Of a DNA stretch of 64,000 nucleotides, positions 61,244-64,000 are shown piece after piece (positions within the stretch are counted from its first letter, which is position 1; each line of letters opens with the position of its first letter). The notes under the pieces are model-generated. The model did no database searches, had not been told where the DNA came from, and saw only the letters and a list, made by a program, of their open reading frames with translations. The stretch lies in NCBI GenBank assembly GCA_964035545.1, contig CAXIUT010000183.1, positions 1,116,001 through 1,180,000 on the forward strand. Reading direction: 5' to 3'. The stretch is from Bugula neritina (lineage: Eukaryota; Animalia; Bryozoa). Both the position numbers and the translations under genes were made by a program.

Positions 61244-64000
61244 TATACTGTAACACACTGAAGTATACTGCAACATACTGAAATACACTGTAACATACTG
61301 AAATATACTGCAACATACTGAAATACACTGCTACATACTGAAATATACTGCAACGTACTGCAACATACTGCAGCATACTGAAATACACTGTAACATACTG
61401 AAATACACTGCAACATACTACCACATATTGAAATACACTGCAACACATTGAAATGTACTGCAACATACCGAAATATATGGTAAACTACTAAAATATACTG
61501 TAACACATTGAAAAATACTGCAACATACTGAAATATACTGCGACACCTAGCAATATACTGTAACATACTGAAATATGCTCTAGCACACTGAAATACAATG
61601 CAACTTACTGAAATATACTGCAACATACTGAAATACACTGCAACATCCTACAATATGCTGAAATACACAGTAACATATTGAAATACACTGCAACACTTTG
61701 AAATATACTGCAACATACCGAAGTATATGGTAAACTACTGCAACATACTACATTATACTGAAATACACTGCAACACATTGAAATATACTGCGACATAACT
61801 AAATATACGGTAATATACTGAAATATACTGTAACACATTGAAAAATACTGCAACATACTGAAATATACTGTAACACACCGAAATATACTGCAACATACTG
61901 AAATACACTGTAACATACTGAAATACACTGCTACATACTGAAATATACTGCAACATACTGCAACATACTGAAATACACAGTAACATACTGAAATAAACTG
62001 CAACATACTACAACATATTGAAATACACTGCAACACATTGAAATATACTGCAACATACCTAAATATACGGTAATATACTGAAATTCACTGTAACGCATTG
62101 CAAAATACTGCAACATACTGAAATTCACTGCGACACACTGAAATACGCTGCAAAATACTACAACATACTGAAATAAACTGTAACATGTTGAAATACACTG
62201 CAACACATTGAAAAATACTGCAACATACTGAAATATACTGTAACACACTGAAATATACTGCAACATACTGAAATACACTGTAACATACTGAAATATACTG
62301 CAACATACTGAAATACACTGCTACATACTGAAATATACCGCAACATACTGCAACATACTGCAATACACTGTAAAATACTGAAATACACTGCAACATACTA
62401 CTACAACATATTGAAATACACTGCAACACATTGAAATACACTGCAACCTACCGAATATATGGTAAACTACTGAAATATACTGCAACGCATTGAAAAGTAC
62501 TGCAACATACTGAAATATACTGCAACATACTGAAATACACTGCTACATACTGAAATATACTGCAACGTACTGCAACATACTGCAGCATACTGAAATACAC
62601 TGTAACATACTGAAATACACTGCAACATACTACCACATATTGAAATACACTGCAACACATTGAAATGTACTGCAACATACCGAAATATATGGTAAACTAC
62701 TAAAATATACTGTAACACATTGAAAAATACTGCAACATACTGAAATATACTGCGACACCTAGCAATATACTGTAACATACTGAAATATGCTCTAGCACAC
62801 TGAAATACAATGCAACTTACTGAAATATACTGCAACATACTGAAATACACTGCAACATCCTACAATATGCTGAAACACACAGTAACATATTGAAATACAC
62901 TGCAACACTTTGAAATATACTGCAACATACCGAAATATATGGTAAACTACTGCAACATACTACAACATACTGAAATACACTGCAACACATTGAAATATAC
63001 TGCGACATACCTAAATATACGGTAATATACTGAAATATACTGCAAAACATTGAAAAACACTGCAACATACTGAAATATACTGTAACACACCGAAATATAC
63101 TGCAACATACTGAAATACACTGTAACATACTGAAATACACTGCTACATACTGAAATATACTGCAACATACTGCAACATACTGAAATACACAGTAACATAC
63201 TGAAATAAACTGCAACATACTACAACATATTGAAATACACTGCAACACATTGAAATATACTGCAACATACCTAAATATACGGTAATATACTGAAATTCAC
63301 TGTAACGCATTGCAAAATACTGCAACATACTGAAATTCACTGCGACACACTGAAATACGCTGCAAAATACTACAACATACTGAAATAAACTGTAACATGT
63401 TGAAATACACTGCAACACATTGAAAAATACTGCAACATACTGAAATATACTGTAACACACTGAAATATACTGCAACATACTGAAATACACTGTAACATAC
63501 TGAAATATACTGCAACATACTGAAATACACTGCTTCATACTGAAATATACTGCAACATACTGCAACATACTGCAATACACTGTAAAATACTGAAATACAC
63601 TGCAACATACTACAACATATTGAAATACACTGCAACACATTGAAATACACTGCAACTTATCGAATATATGGAAAACTACTGAAATATACTGTAACGCATT
63701 GAAAAAGACTGCAACATACTGAAATATATTGCGACACATTGCAATATACTGTAACATACTGAAATATGCTCTAGCACACTGAAATATACTGCAATTCGCT
63801 GAAATATACTGCAACATACTGAAATACACCGCAACATCCTACAACATACTAAAATACACTGTAACATTTCGAAATACACTGCAACACAATGAATTATACT
63901 GCAACATAACGAAATATATGGTAAACTACTGAAATATATTTTAACAAATTGAAAAATACTGCAACATACTGAAATATACTGTAACACACTGAAGTATACT
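61244..64000. repeat. Shorter, more divergent relative of the 4140-bp HOR (3270-bp period)
   Basis: The ORF offset 59873/63143 is 3270, which equals 4140 - 540 - 270 - 60. This unit lacks one 540-bp subunit, the 270-bp duplication and 60 bp near 62510. It carries private substitutions near 61753, 61798, 62448 and 62876. Confidence 0.85.

Larger units (their letters stand above)
1..64000. repeat. Tandem satellite DNA array; 10-bp monomer / 20-bp dimer (consensus ACTGAAATATACTGCAACAT), extending beyond both window ends
   Basis: Seen directly: every line consists of alternating ACTGAAATA(T/C) and ACTG(C/T)AACA(T/C) 10-mers with scattered substitutions. There are occasional runs of 2-3 GCAAC-type monomers, no unique-sequence interruption and no change of orientation. 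Confidence 0.99.

Noticed and set aside
133-63987. Hundreds of minus-strand ORFs encoding Cys/Val/Tyr/Ser/Gln-rich repeats (MLQYISVCCSVFQYVAVYFS...)
   Set aside because: They overlap in all three frames and give the same peptide repeat because the unit length (10/20) is not a multiple of 3. They are broken by frameshifting indels and show no domains or codon-position constraint. They are a direct by-product of a stop-free satellite strand.
1-64000. CRISPR array or repeat-spacer / variable-cassette system
   Set aside because: There are no unique spacers: sequence between any recurring motifs is itself the same 10/20-bp satellite. No cas, reverse transcriptase or recombinase genes are present.
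1-64000. Telomeric repeat array
   Set aside because: There is no TTAGGG/TTTAGGG/TTAGG-type motif or G-rich strand. Kilobase HORs with faithfully copied variants indicate recombinational amplification rather than telomerase synthesis.
1-64000. Embedded transposon, LTR, rDNA or tRNA, or an inversion junction
   Set aside because: No non-satellite stretch, terminal repeat, target-site duplication or orientation switch was seen while reading through the window.
1-64000. TATA-like promoter elements (AAATATA, TATATGG)
   Set aside because: These are intrinsic parts of the monomer, repeated thousands of times, with no associated gene.

Overview
The whole 64 kb window is one uninterrupted, single-orientation, AT-rich tandem satellite array, probably eukaryotic heterochromatic or (peri)centromeric DNA. 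The organism cannot be determined from this sequence. I found no credible genes, RNA genes, transposons or CRISPR arrays. The basic unit is a 10-bp monomer of two alternating types (ACTGAAATAY and ACTGYAACAY), giving a 20-bp dimer with consensus ACTGAAATATACTGCAACAT. On top of this sit an older intermediate unit of mostly ~250-290 bp, marked by a GG(T/A)AA landmark, and several layers of higher-order repeats (HORs). I read the HOR periods from offsets of identical sequence and identical ORFs: 1519 bp (1-3.6 kb), 2389 and 3239 bp (3.0-11.6 kb), a mosaic 3240/3290/3320-bp family (~14.7-37.2 kb), 1769 bp (37.5-41.0 kb), and a near-perfect 4140-bp HOR in about 5 copies (40.2-61.2 kb) with nested 540-bp and 270-bp sub-repeats. 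All listed ORFs are minus-strand artefacts: the reverse-complement 20-mer has no stop codon in any frame. I see no support for a novel protein-coding system. The interest lies in the layered HOR architecture, the preservation of the 10-bp register, and visible recombination and conversion tracts. All comparisons were made by eye, so block boundaries are approximate.
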